From Vicugna vicugna (lineage: Eukaryota), in NCBI GenBank assembly GCA_013265495.1, contig MU058844.1:4765535-4829534 (forward strand): a stretch of DNA of 64,000 nt, in the 5' to 3' direction. Below the pieces are notes generated by a model. That model searched no databases. It had not been told where the DNA came from and saw only the letters and a program-made list of their open reading frames with translations. How positions within the stretch are numbered: the stretch's first letter is position 1; each line of letters begins with the position of its first letter. A program made the position numbers and the translations under genes. Below, piece by piece: positions 27,161 to 41,400 of this stretch.

Positions 27161-28059
27161 GATATCCCTTCAATTCATGATCCAAGTCTCCAGGGAACAT
27201 TTAAAATTTATACGGGAAAAATCGAAACTCAAGTCAATGAATATGTTTATTTGATAATGTTACAATGTCAACATGGTCTGGTATGTTTAGTACATGATAT
27301 GACAATAGGTGTTACCTCCCTAGAAGAGCCAGAATATGAACTTGGTATCAATTTCAGTTGTTTTCATTTAAATGCTCCACGTAACCAAAGTTTAGCTAGT
27401 CTGCGCAAAGATTTCCTACCTCTAGTTAAAAACATCATTGCATGACTTATCTTTTAAACCGTAAATACTGCAACACAGCACTGCTTATCTCTTAAGTATG
27501 GTCCACATGTACAGCATATGCATCACCATACCCACAGCTTATCTCTTAAGCCCAGCGTGGTACATGTATTCATTTTGCTACCCTACATTTGTTCTTTCTT
27601 CCTTAGCCCTTTCACTCCCTAAGAAAGTGGTGTAATTCTGGATGGAACCTCAAGTTAGCAGTGTAAATGACAAAGTATAGGAGGGCAACACTGTATTCAG
27701 GAGGAGCAACCTTACAAAATCAAAACCTGGGGATATTAAATTGGAAGATTAATTGAACGTAAGCTATACCATAAGTTAATAAAAGCTTTAAAATACCTAG
27801 GTGTTTTTATTTGTTTTGCCTGTATTATAATTCAGGTGTAAGATGTACCACTTTTTTTTCATAGAGCTCTAAGGAGCATGACAACATTCAAGGGCATGCA
27901 AGCCAAGTAGTCTGTGGGTCTTGGCATACTTTCCTCTCTTGCCCGTGAGAAGTCAGACAAAAAACAGAAACAAAAACAAAAACTTCTTGGATGTGCTCTT
28001 AAAAGATCTGAATCTCTGCGTTCCTCAAGTGATCCACAGAACACATGTCACCACTTACA

Positions 28060-28215
28060 AGTGATTCTACTATTAACAATGGTACTATGATTTGTGTTTT
28101 ATACATGAATAACCTGAAACTCACAAGTTAAATAACCTGTCCAATTTCACATTCATACAATGTGGCAGGATCATAGTTATAACTTTCTGATTCTAAAACC
28201 TGTGTTATTTTATTA
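28060..28215 (-). mobile_element. MIR fragment
   Basis: ttttatacatgaataacctgaaactcacaagttaaataacctgtcc. Confidence 0.5.
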
Positions 28216-29824
28216 TAGACATTACCAGTTTAAAAAACATTCAACTTTATGAGATATTCTCATCTTTTCCTAAGAAGGATTGAAAATCTCCATTTCTAAT
28301 TGACCAAACAGACATTAAATGGAGCCTCCTTCTCCAATATTAGGTTTGATTTTCACAAATATTGGTGTTGGAACTAGGCATTCTATGTAAAACGCCTTAA
28401 TAATATGACTGAACAATTTTACTTTTAAATATAGGTGCTATCATGTCCTTATATTATCTGGGTGTTCTAGTCAAACTTTTTTCATTGTTCACATTCTTAA
28501 AGCTGTATGAATCTAAATTCTCTGAATATTTAATTTTAAAAACTTTAAAAATAGCTCAGTTATGTTAGACCAGTGCTTTTCAAACTTTCCCAACTAGTAA
28601 GGAGAGGAGAATATTAAAATCCGTGGGCATTTGGGAGTAGACCCCCAAGAGGCTAACCATAAATGTGAAATATCTTTGTAGTCCCATGTCTTATCCTAAA
28701 ATATTCATGTGGATTTTTCATGTATCCTTGCTTGTTCTAATAACATCTGATTTAAATTATTTACTACTGGTAAAAATTCCCTCTGTTGTTTTGGTTTATG
28801 GACTTGGTTCTATTGCATTCAAAATAAAAACATTGCATTGGAAATAAGAACAGTCACAGTTTTTCATCCAATTGTTGATTGAGAGTACTGTGGCTTAAGA
28901 AGCAATTTCTGTTGAATAAACTGACTCTGTGAACAACAGCCCTGTATCATTTAGGTCGGCACCATATTGAATTAATTTACCTTGGTATAGCTTTTGTCAC
29001 ACTTTTGTTTCATTCAAGCAAAATAATTGCAACTCAGTTTCAAAATCACAGTCCCTAGTTTGTCCACCCCTTCCATGTAGCCACTGTATACCTGTATAGG
29101 GGAACAGGTTTTTTAGAATCCTTTTCCTGGAACATGATTATATAACTGAAGAGGAAGCCATTTCTGCTTGAGAAGTTCCTACCTACACTATTAATACCAG
29201 AAGAGTTTGGGCCCATGCTGGAAAGGGTGTGGCTAGGGAAATGGAGAAGAAATGAAACCAAGTATTATTTAAAGCTGAGACTTTTGAAATGTATGTTATC
29301 TCCTGAACATGAGATAGGCATATAGGATGACTTTACAAGATTACAAATCTAAATAAAAGTAGCAAAGGAACTTAAACTATTATTAATAAGAACAGAAAAG
29401 TGTAAAGGAGGACATGTTTCTAAAAGTTGAGAGTTGTAAAATGACATAAGTGAAAACACAAACAACATAAGCTAAGACACAATACATGAACGATCTTAAA
29501 GGATGCTTGAGACTCTTTGTCCCTTACAAAGACAAGAGGTAGTATTTCTTAGACAATCCTCTGAGTTAAGTGATTTTTGATTTTAGACCAGACTTACTGT
29601 GAGATTGGGCTATCATTTTGCCAGACATATGAAACTGCACTTGATTAAATGGTGAAAAGTCATTAAGTTGTTAGTGGTCCCTTATTTTTTGTTTTTCCTG
29701 TTATTTTGCTTTCCTCCTCATTTCATAGCCATTTTATATTCGTACTATCACAAAGTCTGTTCCACTCTCCATCCTGGGGAGGCAGGCTTCATGTTCATGT
29801 TCGTATTCTAATGATGGTTTTCTT

Positions 29825-30490
29825 TCTTTTTAACCTTCTAAAATTTTTATACAATTCTTAAGAGTTACTTTCCATTTACAGTCACTACTAAATGTTGACT
29901 ATATTCCCTGTGTTGTAGAATACATCCTTTATCCTATCATTCACCCAATAGTTTGTACTTCCCACTTGCCTATTCCTATGTTGACTCTCCTTCCCCTCCC
30001 CACTGGTAGCCACTAGTTTGTTCTCTCTGTCTGTGAGTCTGCTTCTTTTATGTTATATTCAGTAGTTTGTTGTGTTTTTTAGATTACACATGTAAGTGAT
30101 ATCCTACAGCATTTATCTTTCTCTGACTTATTTCACTTAGCATAATACCCTCCAAGTCCATCCATGCTGCTGCAAATGGCAAACTTTTGTTCTTTTCATG
30201 TCTGAGTAGTATTCCATTGTGTGTGTGTGTGTGTATGTATGTGTGTGTGTGTGTATATAAAATATACTATATCTTTATCCATTCCTCTGTTGATGGACGT
30301 GTAGGTTGTTGCTATGTCTTTGCAATTATAAATAATGCTGCTATGAACATTGGGGTTCATGTATCTTTTTGAATTAGTGTTTTTTTCCCCAACGTCCACA
30401 ATTTTTTGGAAATGCAACAGATTTCTGTATATTAACTTTATATCCTGCACTTTATCGAATTCATTGATGATCTCTAGCAATTTTCTGGTG
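29825..30490 (-). mobile_element. L1 3' end joined to an upstream ORF2 piece
   Basis: ctgacttatttcacttagcataataccctccaagtccatccatgctgctgcaaatggc...gctgctatgaacattgggg; after about 30400, gaaatgcaacagatttctgtatattaactttatatcctgc. Confidence 0.9.
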
Positions 30491-31019
30491 TAATGACATT
30501 TTTCTTGACCATAGATTATTTGGTGAGTAGTGATCCTCTTACTCAAGGAGAATCAATTCATAAATGATGTCCTAAGGTGTAATGAAAAGAAATGATTTGA
30601 CTCAAATGCGTTCCTCTTTTAAAAATGTGTTTTTTAATCTACGGATCTAATTTCATGGACTAAACACATAAGCTTTAGACACTTTACTCCCAGGTTTCCA
30701 TTAAAGTATAGTAAAGAAAGAAAAGGTATAAGCAAATAGCAATGAAGTCTTTATATACGTGTGCATGTGAATGTGAAATTAAGTTATTTCACTCTATTTC
30801 TGAATGACAGAAAGTAGATTGGGAGGGTTGCTGAACAGTGAATTCAAATGGAGAGGGATGCAATCAGCAGAGCAGAAGGTCAAAGAGATTCTGAACATGG
30901 GAAGTGCAGATATGACAGAGAATAAGGGGTAAAAAGCAGGGCAGAATCTCATGGTGGGGCAGAAAATTCTTGGCAAAATTCATGGTCTATGCAATGCCAC
31001 AATTTCCCCCTTCTCTGAT

Positions 31020-31482
31020 CTTTTTGGAACCTATCTTGATGTCAGGAGTGAAGTGTGGATTTAACTATTTTTTTTCATAGAGTTCCTACCCAGTGGTCCT
31101 AACATAATTATATTCTTTTGTGTATGGTCCATCTTTTCATCTGTGATTTCTAGGCTCTCTTTTCTGTTGCACTGATTGCTGTATTTATGGACCAGTATCA
31201 CCAGTTTTAAAAATTGAAAAATTATTATGTTAATAGTTAAATAGTAAAGCTAGTTTCTCTTTATGATGATTCATTTTCAGAGATTTTCTGGTCATTCTTG
31301 CTTGAGTATTATGTGAAATCTATAATCAGTTTATCTAGTTACAAAGAAAGAAAACAAATAAAAAATTGTTTCTATGTTTATTAGAGTTTAAGTTTGTAAA
31401 TTGTGTTAGAATGGATTCATACCTTTATGATGTTGAACTTTTCTATTCAAGCACATAGCCTATCTTTCCATTTGTTCAAATA
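31020..31482 (-). mobile_element. Old L1 ORF2 fragment
   Basis: ggctctcttttctgttgcactgatt, ccagtatcacc, ttttctattcaagcacatag...tttccatttgttca. Confidence 0.65.
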
Positions 31483-32069
31483 TCAGGCAGGGATGATATT
31501 TAGCTTGAATAAACCTGGTGTGTCTCTGTTACTTGCAATCAAAAAACAAGACAAAAACAAATATGTATTTATGATATGATCTGATAATATCATAGATTTT
31601 AATGTACACAAAGAAAATCTAAGTTGACTTATTCCAACACTTTATGGATGCATAAAGACTGGAACTCAGTCCTATAGCAGCCTGCTCCATGCAGTAGATT
31701 TCATGTAGACATGAGACTAAATTTATTTCTTGTTTAGAATTTATACGCATGAACAATGAATTTGACATAAAAATCTAAGAAAATATGTGTATCAGATGTT
31801 CATTTAGTTTTACATATTTTTAATTTTAATAACAAGCCAATAGACTATTTACTGTATTTGTTTTTAACTTGTGAACCACATATGAATTCTTGAAACTTGA
31901 AATTAGAAAGTAGTTTTCTTTAGATGTGTTCCACTCTACTATACATAAACTAATGTAATATATTTTACATTATGTTGTTCGTTTATATGTTTCAGCAGAA
32001 CCCTAATCATAAATGCACACATATGCTAATTTTTTCCTCATTTGGGGCCTTTTATAGCAAAATTTCTTG

Positions 32070-32650
32070 AAAAGAAGAGTTATCTACACACAGATGCTGC
32101 CTCCACTTCCTCAATTCTAATTTACATTGAAACATATCTTTCTGGCTTATGTTCCCTGCCACATCATTAAAATTCCTGTTGAAAAAAAGGTCATGAATGA
32201 CCCCACATACACACATTGTTCACTAAGACAGTGCATGGAAGCCTAGAGGATTCCTGATTGCCTTCACCAATTCACTAAACAATTTTCCTTCTCACCCACT
32301 GTTCTAGAGCCACCCTGATCCTCTAAAAGTCAGTAGAACATACCAAGCTGTTGCCTGCCCAGTGCCTACTTGATTATTGTTTCCTCTACCTAAAACACTT
32401 GCCTCTTTTCCTTTTATAGTTCACTCTTTCTAATCTGCCAGGATTCAGTATAAATATCTTCTAAGAAATTTTCACTGATAAGTCACCACATAGAAGGACC
32501 TTCTCATGCATTATCTTGGTGTCTTAACCAGTTGACTTAAAATAGCTAGGATCTTTTCTCCCTTACTTACTGTCTAATCACCCTTGTATTCCTATCACAA
32601 AGGAACTATTAGCACTAGTTTCTCAATTAAAATTTTGGCATAAATGAATG
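32070..32650 (+). mobile_element. L2 fragment
   Basis: ctgcctccacttcctc, aaggtcatgaatgacc, tgtttcctctacctaaaacac, taaatgaatg end. Confidence 0.6.
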
Positions 32651-34837
32651 ATTATACCACAGTTCAGTTGAGACCTTATGTCTTAATTCTGTAAGAAATA
32701 AGAGATAATTTGGAAAACATCTGAATTTAATAGATCTCAGTTATACATTTCCTGACAACCTTTAAAGAGCTAAACTGGTTGTAAAACTGCTATGGTCACT
32801 TGCTATTTGTGAGGTCTTTAAGCAGACTCTTTTCTAATCTTTAGAATGGGAATAATGACATTATAGAGTACACTTGTGTTTGTTACAGAGTCACTTGCCT
32901 ACTTTAGTAAGATGTGAAAGAGGCTGTTTAAAAAGAAAATATAAGACATTTCAATGCTATTAACTGTTATTCCTGAACTGTTTAAAATCACTATGTTAGC
33001 TATTTGGCTGCATTTCTCTGTATTCTGTTTAATCACAACAGTTAGTATTTGACCATGCCAATCATCAAGTTAGAAAGGAGGAAAGAGAAATGAGAACTCT
33101 ACAATTTGTACAGAGTATGCTAAAGGACTAAAAGAATCCAAAAGACTTCTGTTAAACTTTATCTGAAAAATACTATGGTTTATTTTAAGTGAACTTCCCT
33201 TCACTTTTCCTCCCTGTAGCCCTTGGTAGATTTGTAGCTTTTCAAAAGCAGTTTAGTTCAGAGGTAAGATGGAGAGGCTGAACATGTGAAAAGAAGATGA
33301 CCCAGCTACAAATGAAAGGTGGAGCACCACAGTGTGAGAATAAGCAGATGGCACAGATCAAGGCCTCAGACATGGTGAAGAAATGGGAAAAAAATTACAG
33401 AGGGCATAGGGACTAATGCCTCAAGATTTCAAAGATGTTGCTTTCATCATGGTCTACAAGAGAGAAAGAAGAAAGGATTGATGTTCAAAGCATCTCATTT
33501 TTTTTTGTTGCTCATAAAACCTTGCTTTCTGTCCTTTGATTTGACTGTTAACAGCAGTGCATTTTTGGGATCATGGAGGGTGCTAAGATCACAAACTCAG
33601 TGTAGCTACCATAACTTTCTCAGCACTTAAGAAATTGAAAAAAATTTCAGATAAAACCATTGATTTCTGCATTACCTTCCAGTACCTGACACTTTCCTTT
33701 TGCTAAGCTCCTCCTGTAGATAAAATAAATCCTGGGACAAGAGTGAGGGTATATAGTAACAAAGAAGAAAGATGGTAGGATGAAAATATCCCTCCTAGGA
33801 AAGTGTCCCTTATGTGTGCAGAGTTAGCAATATGTTTCACCCTTAGAAACTGAGGACCAGGATAGGGACTTGCTTCTCCTTGAATATAGATCATTAAAAC
33901 GATAATGCTCAGCTAATACTATACAGGGGAACATAAAATTAGTGCCAATTCTGGCTACTACCATATCTCAAGCTAGCCAGTCTTTGCCATTTTGCCACTT
34001 GTTCACCTTTCTTCCTCCTCGCTAATACATAAATTCTGGCATAAATCAAGAAAAAAACTGAAAGGCAAAAGGCTACAGGTAGACTACTACAATGTAAGTC
34101 TCTATGCAGTCCCTTCGTCAGGCTTGTAAATAGGGAAAACTGAGCATTTAGGGATAGTGTTGTTTTTAAATAGGCCTCGTTAAGAAGGCTCTCTTTTTGC
34201 CCTTTTTTGCAGGGTTTCTTGAAGAATGATGGAGACTGAGGTATCTTTTTCTCAGAATTATTACCTTTGCGGATCAGGCAGAAACCATGTGAAATTTTTA
34301 AAGATAATAATTATGGGAATAATGAGAATGATTGGTATACTTATACTGTGGTATTGTAGCTAACTTCTGCAGATAGATGACCAGGTGGTCTGCCCCTCCC
34401 TTCCACCCCCATACAACGTCTGTCCACTAGGATATCTCGTATCTGAGATTGCCTGGAAATCATTACCATCATGGAAAGTTGTATGATGCTTACAAGGTTT
34501 AGGATTCCAATTTAAATAGGATTGAAATTCACTTCCAATCACCCCACTCTTACTTCACTTTGCTGGAGCTTATACATATTCTCATAGTTGTTCTGCTACT
34601 TCTTTTTTGTGTGTTTTATCCCCAGATTGGGAGAGAGTTGAATGATTGCTTTGTTTTCCAGCGTTCTATCAAGCACTGAAATAAATGAAACCAGTGGAAC
34701 TAATTTTCTTAACAACTACCTAATTGTATATTTCTGAACTATATATCCTTCTCTTTATAGTGGAAAAACTGCATTGTTAGGGTTTTTGTTTGTTTGTTTG
34801 TTTTTTATAATTTAAGCCCACTTAACAATATGGTTAG

Positions 34838-37800
34838 TGTTCTGGAGTGTGTTTTGTGAACTTAATATTACCACTTTTGTGGTAGGAGTTACATTTCTCA
34901 GAATCCTCTTCCCTTAAGTTTCTAGGTGACAGCCAAGAATACAACTTGTGCATGATTTGAAAAGTGAAACTGAAGTGGAAACTATTGTTCTCAGCAAGTT
35001 ATGGTCATCAGACAAGGTGTCAGCAGGGTCTGGCTTCTAGCTTGTCTTCTCAACTGTTGGCCTTGATAATGAACAGAGTTCTTAAGCTAATTACTGAGGG
35101 CTTGATTACACTCTATAGAGAGAAAACAGCTTCCAAAGATCTTTGCATGCCTTTTCTCCCCCATCTCCCTAGTGCTACCACTTTAACAACCAGATATGCA
35201 TTGTTTCTGGGATTTTCCTGCAAGCTCTGACCTGTTCACACAGACTGGTGCTGCAAGTGTAATGGTTAGTGACTCTCTCTGTTCCTTTCAGGCCCCCTTT
35301 TCCTGGATTTTAACTTCCTTAGGTCCTCTCATATTTGAGTACGTTGTAATTCCTATAGCAAACGACCTATTTGCATAGTATTTTTGGTAACTGTGATTTC
35401 CTCATTGAGCCCTAACTGATAGAGGTTTTATGTATTCGTTCCTTGGGGGAAGAACCTTAAGGCTGTGATTCTGGAATTGGTTCTTTGATCCGACTAGATT
35501 TAAAGACATTAATAGCCCCTTTGCCAGTGATAAGTGAAACACTGGAAGTTCATGACATTTAGTGGAAAAGTAGTAACTGAAATCATCACTTTTAATTATC
35601 TGGAGTCAAGTGCTTGTAGGAGTCTAGGCTTTGGATGACCGCAGAGTTGCTACCATTGAAAATTTTAGTGGAAATAAAGAGCATAAGGATATTGGGGTCG
35701 GTTTCCTATAAGTGCACTGGAAAACCTGAAGGAAGGGAAATGATGAGCTCACTGCTTTACTTTTCCATCTAAAGACCAGAGTAAGCAACTAGCAAACTTC
35801 TCTTTGTCCTGAAAGAAACCCTTATCCCCTGTAATTACAGGTTTAATATTTAAAACCTCAGTTTCTTCCTGTGGTGGTTAAATTATGCTGTAAGTTAAAA
35901 TTACAGGCTTGCAGGGTCTCATGTTAAATATAGAGTATTGAATACCCAGAATATGGGACTGGGGACATAAGGCAGATTACAATAAAATTTGACACTCTAA
36001 ATTCTCAAAAATCTCCGCTGCTAGTGTACCCTTGCAGGAGGTAGGTAGCCAAATCTTGCCTAAATAACCTGTAATGACCATTTTTAGGGAAATAGATAAA
36101 TACTTGGCAGGTATAGTAGGCTGAATAATGTCCTCCAGTGATCTCAGGTCCTAATCCCTGGTACTTAGAATTGTTACCTTATTTGGAAGAAAGGTCTTTG
36201 CAAATGTGATTAAGTTAAGGATGTTGAATGAGGTGATAATCTAGGATTATCTGAGTGGGCCCTAAATGCTATCACATGACAGGTGTCCTTATAAGAGAGT
36301 TACAGTGACACACCTCACCACACAGAAAGAAGAGGAGGTGGTAATGTGAGGAAAGAGGCAGAAATTAGAGTGGTGCAGCCACAAGCCAAGGAATACTGGT
36401 ATTCACTAGAAGCTGAAAGAAGCAAGAAATGGCTTCTCTTTGAGGATCTCCAAAAGAAGCAGGGCACCATAATTTTTGTATTGGAAACTGATTTTGGATT
36501 TCTGGCCTCCAGAACTGTGAGAAATAAATTTATGTTTTAATACACCAAGTTTGTGGTCCTTTTTTTTTTTTTTTTAATATAAGCCTTAGGAAACTAACAG
36601 AGTGGAAAATTCTGCGGTGCCTCAAGACACACTCTAGTACTCTGTGGCATCTAGACCTATAAGCAGACTCTAAGTCCACCAGGCTTCAGGAGGTTGGGTA
36701 CACAATGTCTTTAAGATAAGTAGGACTTATCTTATATACCAAAATAATTGCAAGACTTTTAAGCCAAAGAGGAATATATATGAGAATATATCCCAAAGGT
36801 AAAAGGATGTGTAGAAGGATGTAGTATTGGAGTGGATTGAATTCATTAATATGAGCACATTTAACTTGAAATTCAGATCTAATTAATTAATTTGAGAAAC
36901 TTGGAGTGGATCTAGCAGTTTCCTGGATTGGTTGACTGGACTCTGGACACAAAGTTGAACTATGGTGAATTAAGTTGAGGTGTCAGAATTTCCTCAGTGT
37001 TTGGTAGAGAAAGACACACTAAGTTTTAGAGAGATTGGATGCTAGGATTTATTTACTATGTATGACATGCTCTATTCTTTAGTCCTCTTCTGTGTCCTCC
37101 AAGAGGACACAGAGGCTTTAACAAATACATTATTCAGGGAGCACAAGCTTCCTTGAAGAGCTCTGTGGTGACTCTTACTTGTAGGTTAGCAATGACAGTG
37201 GGCAAGAAGTTGCCACTAAAATGGGCACTCTGAATTCAGTGGGCTAATGGGATCCCAGTGTGGCAGGAACAAAGTGGCAACAGTAAACCTGAAGTGAAAT
37301 GGTAGGCATGATTACTGCGTGGGTGGCAGGATTGATACAGCTAGAATGGTTTGACCTTCGGACATTTTTGGCTTTAACTAATGAATTCTGATGTCTCTAC
37401 TACTGAAGTAGATGGGCAGTCTTTGATTTGATTTGTATAAGTAGAAGAATTCTAAGTCTGGTTAAAAAAAAAAACCTTGAATTAGCACAAAATAGAGTTA
37501 AGGATCTTTAACCAATACTCAATCTTGAACTTGTAAGAGGAATCAAAGCCACTTCAAAATCTTTTTTCTTTTCTTGAATCACCCTGTCATCTAGTAAAAT
37601 ATTAATTGATAATGGTTGACTTTAAATCTCAATATGTGAATTCTGGATACTGAAGGAGAGGTATGAGTCCGGTTGGGGAAGAACTAATGCTAAAGTTGAT
37701 TATCAAAAGGAAAGAAGGGGGGAAATCTATGTGAGAAGTAAGGGTTCTCCTTGGAGAGGAACTAACAACACCAAAGGTGGATAAAAAGACATACGGGATG

Positions 37801-38469
37801 TTTTGTACCTCCCTTTGAGAAGATGGTTACTGTATTTTTAGTTTTATGAGTATGGTTGCACTATTTTAGTGAATTCATGACTTTGCTATTGTTTTACTTA
37901 GAATTAAATATGATTAAAATATGCATATGTGGATATCAAGTTGACAAAAGGTTTGACTGTGCTGGATTGTGTTTTGTCAACCTGTCATTACTATTCCTGT
38001 CTAAAGCTAGAAAAAAATATATTCCACAGTTACTTTTCCTTAATGGTTTCAGATTAGCATTGACTAAGAGAGGAATTTGCATGAAATTGGAAGATGGATG
38101 TATAGCAGAAGCCATTGGTCTCAGAAGGTTGATGGACGGTTGCCGGGCATTCTCCAGCTTCCAGATCATCCTCCCAACTACTAATCTAGTCAAACAACAG
38201 TGGCCTCAAGTACTAGAGATGACAGCTTCCAGAGACCTCCCTGTGAGCTATCCTTCTGTGGGTCCACTTCGGCAGTCAGAAGAGTAAGGGGAGGAATTTT
38301 CCTGCAAGCTCTGAGTTGCCCAATCAAGTGGACAATCTGTGATGGTGAGTAACTTTCTTTTGTTTTTCCAGCTCCTATCTTCTACATTTCAATTTCTCCA
38401 GCAGTAATTTCCCTTTTCCCCTTAATAGTTTTAACTCTTTCTTTTCCTGGCTGAACATTGACTAATACA
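34838..38469 (+). mobile_element. Decayed two-LTR ERVL provirus (LTR52-like LTRs, gag-region remnant)
   Basis: 5' LTR 34838-35423 and 3' LTR 37958-38469 share motifs such as ttttcctgcaagctctga. ERVL leader ttctggaattggttct follows the 5' LTR, and polypurine-tract-like caagttgacaaaaggtttgac precedes the 3' LTR. Confidence 0.8.
36112..36599 (+). mobile_element. MLT1C/D-like LTR nested in the ERVL internal region
   Basis: gtaggctgaataatg...gtctttgcaaatgtgattaagttaagg...cagccacaagccaagga...ccagaactgtgagaaataaattt...ggaaactaaca. Confidence 0.9.
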
Positions 38470-41400
38470 AATAGTATTTGAATAGTATTTGATGATACTG
38501 GATTTATTTTATACTGTTATACAATGAAGTACTCTCTATATGGACTGTCATTATCACATACTCATGAAATGCAGTGAATAATAAAACTCTGTCCTAAAAG
38601 TAGTCTCCAATTAAAAAATGTTTGTCAGTAAGTAGAAAAAATATGTTATTAATACATATTATATCTACATCCGTATAGATTATATATAGTTATATATATA
38701 TATTATATATAGTTATGACATTCTCAGTGACATCCTGCAAATATTAACTGCATCATTAATATTTAATTGATGTTTGTAAGTCCATTAATAAGCCTTTTAC
38801 TACTGTTACAAATGGTATGATTTCAAATATTTTTCCTAATTATGTAAAGGGTATATCAGTTTGAAGGCAAAATGCCAGCTTCCAAGATTGTGGATTATGA
38901 CAAAATTCAGTGATAGATTGTATTTACTCATGATTTCTGATCCTAATTCTTTCAAATGTTTGAATTCCATTCTACCACCACCATCTGACTATTTATTAGA
39001 AGAGCCACTAAAACAGAAAGCATTAACTGTGTTTGCAGTAAACAGATAAGCAAACAAAAAAGCAAGTAAATCAGTACTTTTAAAATGTTACAAGTAACAT
39101 ACGTAGTAGTCTTTTCCAAATGGCCTAGAATTATTTCTTTGTTTTTCTTTTAGAAAGCAAACAGTCTTAGTTCCCTTGATCTTAGACGAGAAAAATCTGC
39201 TTATCTTTGATATTTTTGTAACACTGGCCATATTGTATTTAATGTTTTGCTTTTCTAAAACTTGCTTGGAGAGTAATATCTCCAACAAAGGTCATGACTT
39301 TAGAAGAAGTGTGAAGTGAAATGAGTGGCACAAAACAGTGGGTAGTAAAGCATCATGCAAGTCAATGAACAACAAGGTCAATTGCTTCATATCTACTTGC
39401 GGTTCAACACAGCTGGAGTGAAAAAAATCATAATGCTTGACGGGCACTGTGCAGCTGCGTAATGTGGAATAATAAGGGGGCTGAAATCATCAGTTTACAA
39501 AAACTGTTTGTCTGACTAGATAAACACAGAAAGAAAAGGCAAGTTGTCAAAAAGAAAGATGGGGAAAAATCCATGTGAGAAATACAAGGATGGAATACAA
39601 AAGTGCATACCCCTCACTCCTTTAAACAACAGACCAGGAATACTAAAATTGCTGTTAAGATCTGATTTAAACTGGTATTGAATTTTCTTTGAAAGCACCA
39701 AGCTCTGCTTTCTGCCAGTGTCAATCCTGTGAGCAAAAATAGGATTTTTATATATTGGTAATTCGAACACAAATTTTATTTGAGGAACGGGCATAAAAAC
39801 TAAATAGTAAAAGCTATGATTATACTAGTGTTTCTTATATATATCTCAGGACCAACCTCAAAAGGCAAGGTTTTTTTTTTTTTGTATTGTGTTTTTTGTT
39901 TTTCTCTATAAAACAGGTTATACCAACACATGCAATTAAAAATAACTTGTAAACGTTAGGCAAAGAAAATAGCATATAAATTTTAGGGAAAGAGTGTGTG
40001 AGATATGGAGACTGTTGTGTGGAGTTACATCTTGTCAAAAATAGCTTCAACACTGAGAAAGAGATCAAGCCATCAATTAAGATGTTGCCCTGTCCTCTTC
40101 TGAAGTTTCCAAAGTCTTTCAGGGCACTATACATTTTGACTTCTTAACCACATGTTTAGCTTTGATGCCCAGAGAAGCAAATTGTCCACTAACATCAATG
40201 AGAGGTTTATGTACATTCAGAGCTGAAATAAAGTGCCTAGGGAAAGCTTTTTTTCTAAACCAAAGTACTCATAGGATGTATGCATTTTTCAGGGAGTCCA
40301 AGCTGCCCTGTACTCACAATCAGTGCTCTTTGTATTTGTCTAGGGCGGCACAATCAATTACAGATACATAAAAATGGAGAAGTGCTCAGCTAATGATGCG
40401 TTATGTTGGAGGTGGAGCCCTCTGCTTTTGTCTTCTTCGCACATTTGCCTTTTGAAGTGAAAAATCAATTAAGACAACTAGCAAAACATACCACAGACAT
40501 TCTGAAGAGGTCTTTTACTTCTCTTTTATGTGTTCGAGAGAGCTTCCCAGTCATTAACTAAGTCATATGCAGTAAGCCTCTCATATTAATTGTCTCCTTT
40601 TCACCTTTATGGGTGAGGCAATTGACTTTGATTTAGTCAAATGCATTTGTTGTTTCCAGAGATGATCAGAGAATCCCATGTGGGTGGGCAGCTGTGCAGT
40701 TTAAGATCTCCTCTGGAAAGCTATTCTCAAGTATAAATATTCACTAAGTCAGAAAAGTTGTCAAAACACATCTTTGAGTTTATACCCACAGGTTGAGCCT
40801 GGATTTCTCATCCATGTTCATAGGAATTAGAAACATTAGGACGTGTTTTCCTATTTTTAGGGGAAAAATACCCCCAAATTATAGTAACCTATTTATTTAG
40901 GAGAAAGAAGGACGACAGTTGAGCAGAAAAGAGATGGTAACTATTTCTACTTTCATGGAAGATTTTTTAGCAATTAGATCTTTAATCTTGTTTACATACC
41001 TTCAAGTTAGTGTCCGGTTTAAATAAGTAAGAGAATAAAATCAATCTTCTGGATAGAATAAATGGCAAGCTGTTAAACCAGCTGTTCACATTGTGGCCAA
41101 CGTATCAGACCAATGTACTAGTAATAGTGCCTCTGATAGTGGCATGCGTAAATCGTAAAATGTGATGTAATACCAAGCTCATTTTCCAATTCAATTCATA
41201 ATTTTTACTTACTTTCATTCTGTTTGTTCATTCACCTAAATAATTTCTTTCCAGCTCTGCAGTTTCAGTCTGCTTTTAATGATTTATGTAAATAGCAGCA
41301 GTTTGTAGAATATGAGTTGTATTTCAAGTTGATCACTCCAGCTATAGGTAGGTTATGGTCTCTGCCCACCTTCCTATTTATCCCCATTCTGTCAATGACT

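Noticed and set aside
37856..38287. 143-aa ORF as a retroviral gene
   Set aside because: It spans the polypurine tract and 3' LTR and shows no gag, pol or env motifs.
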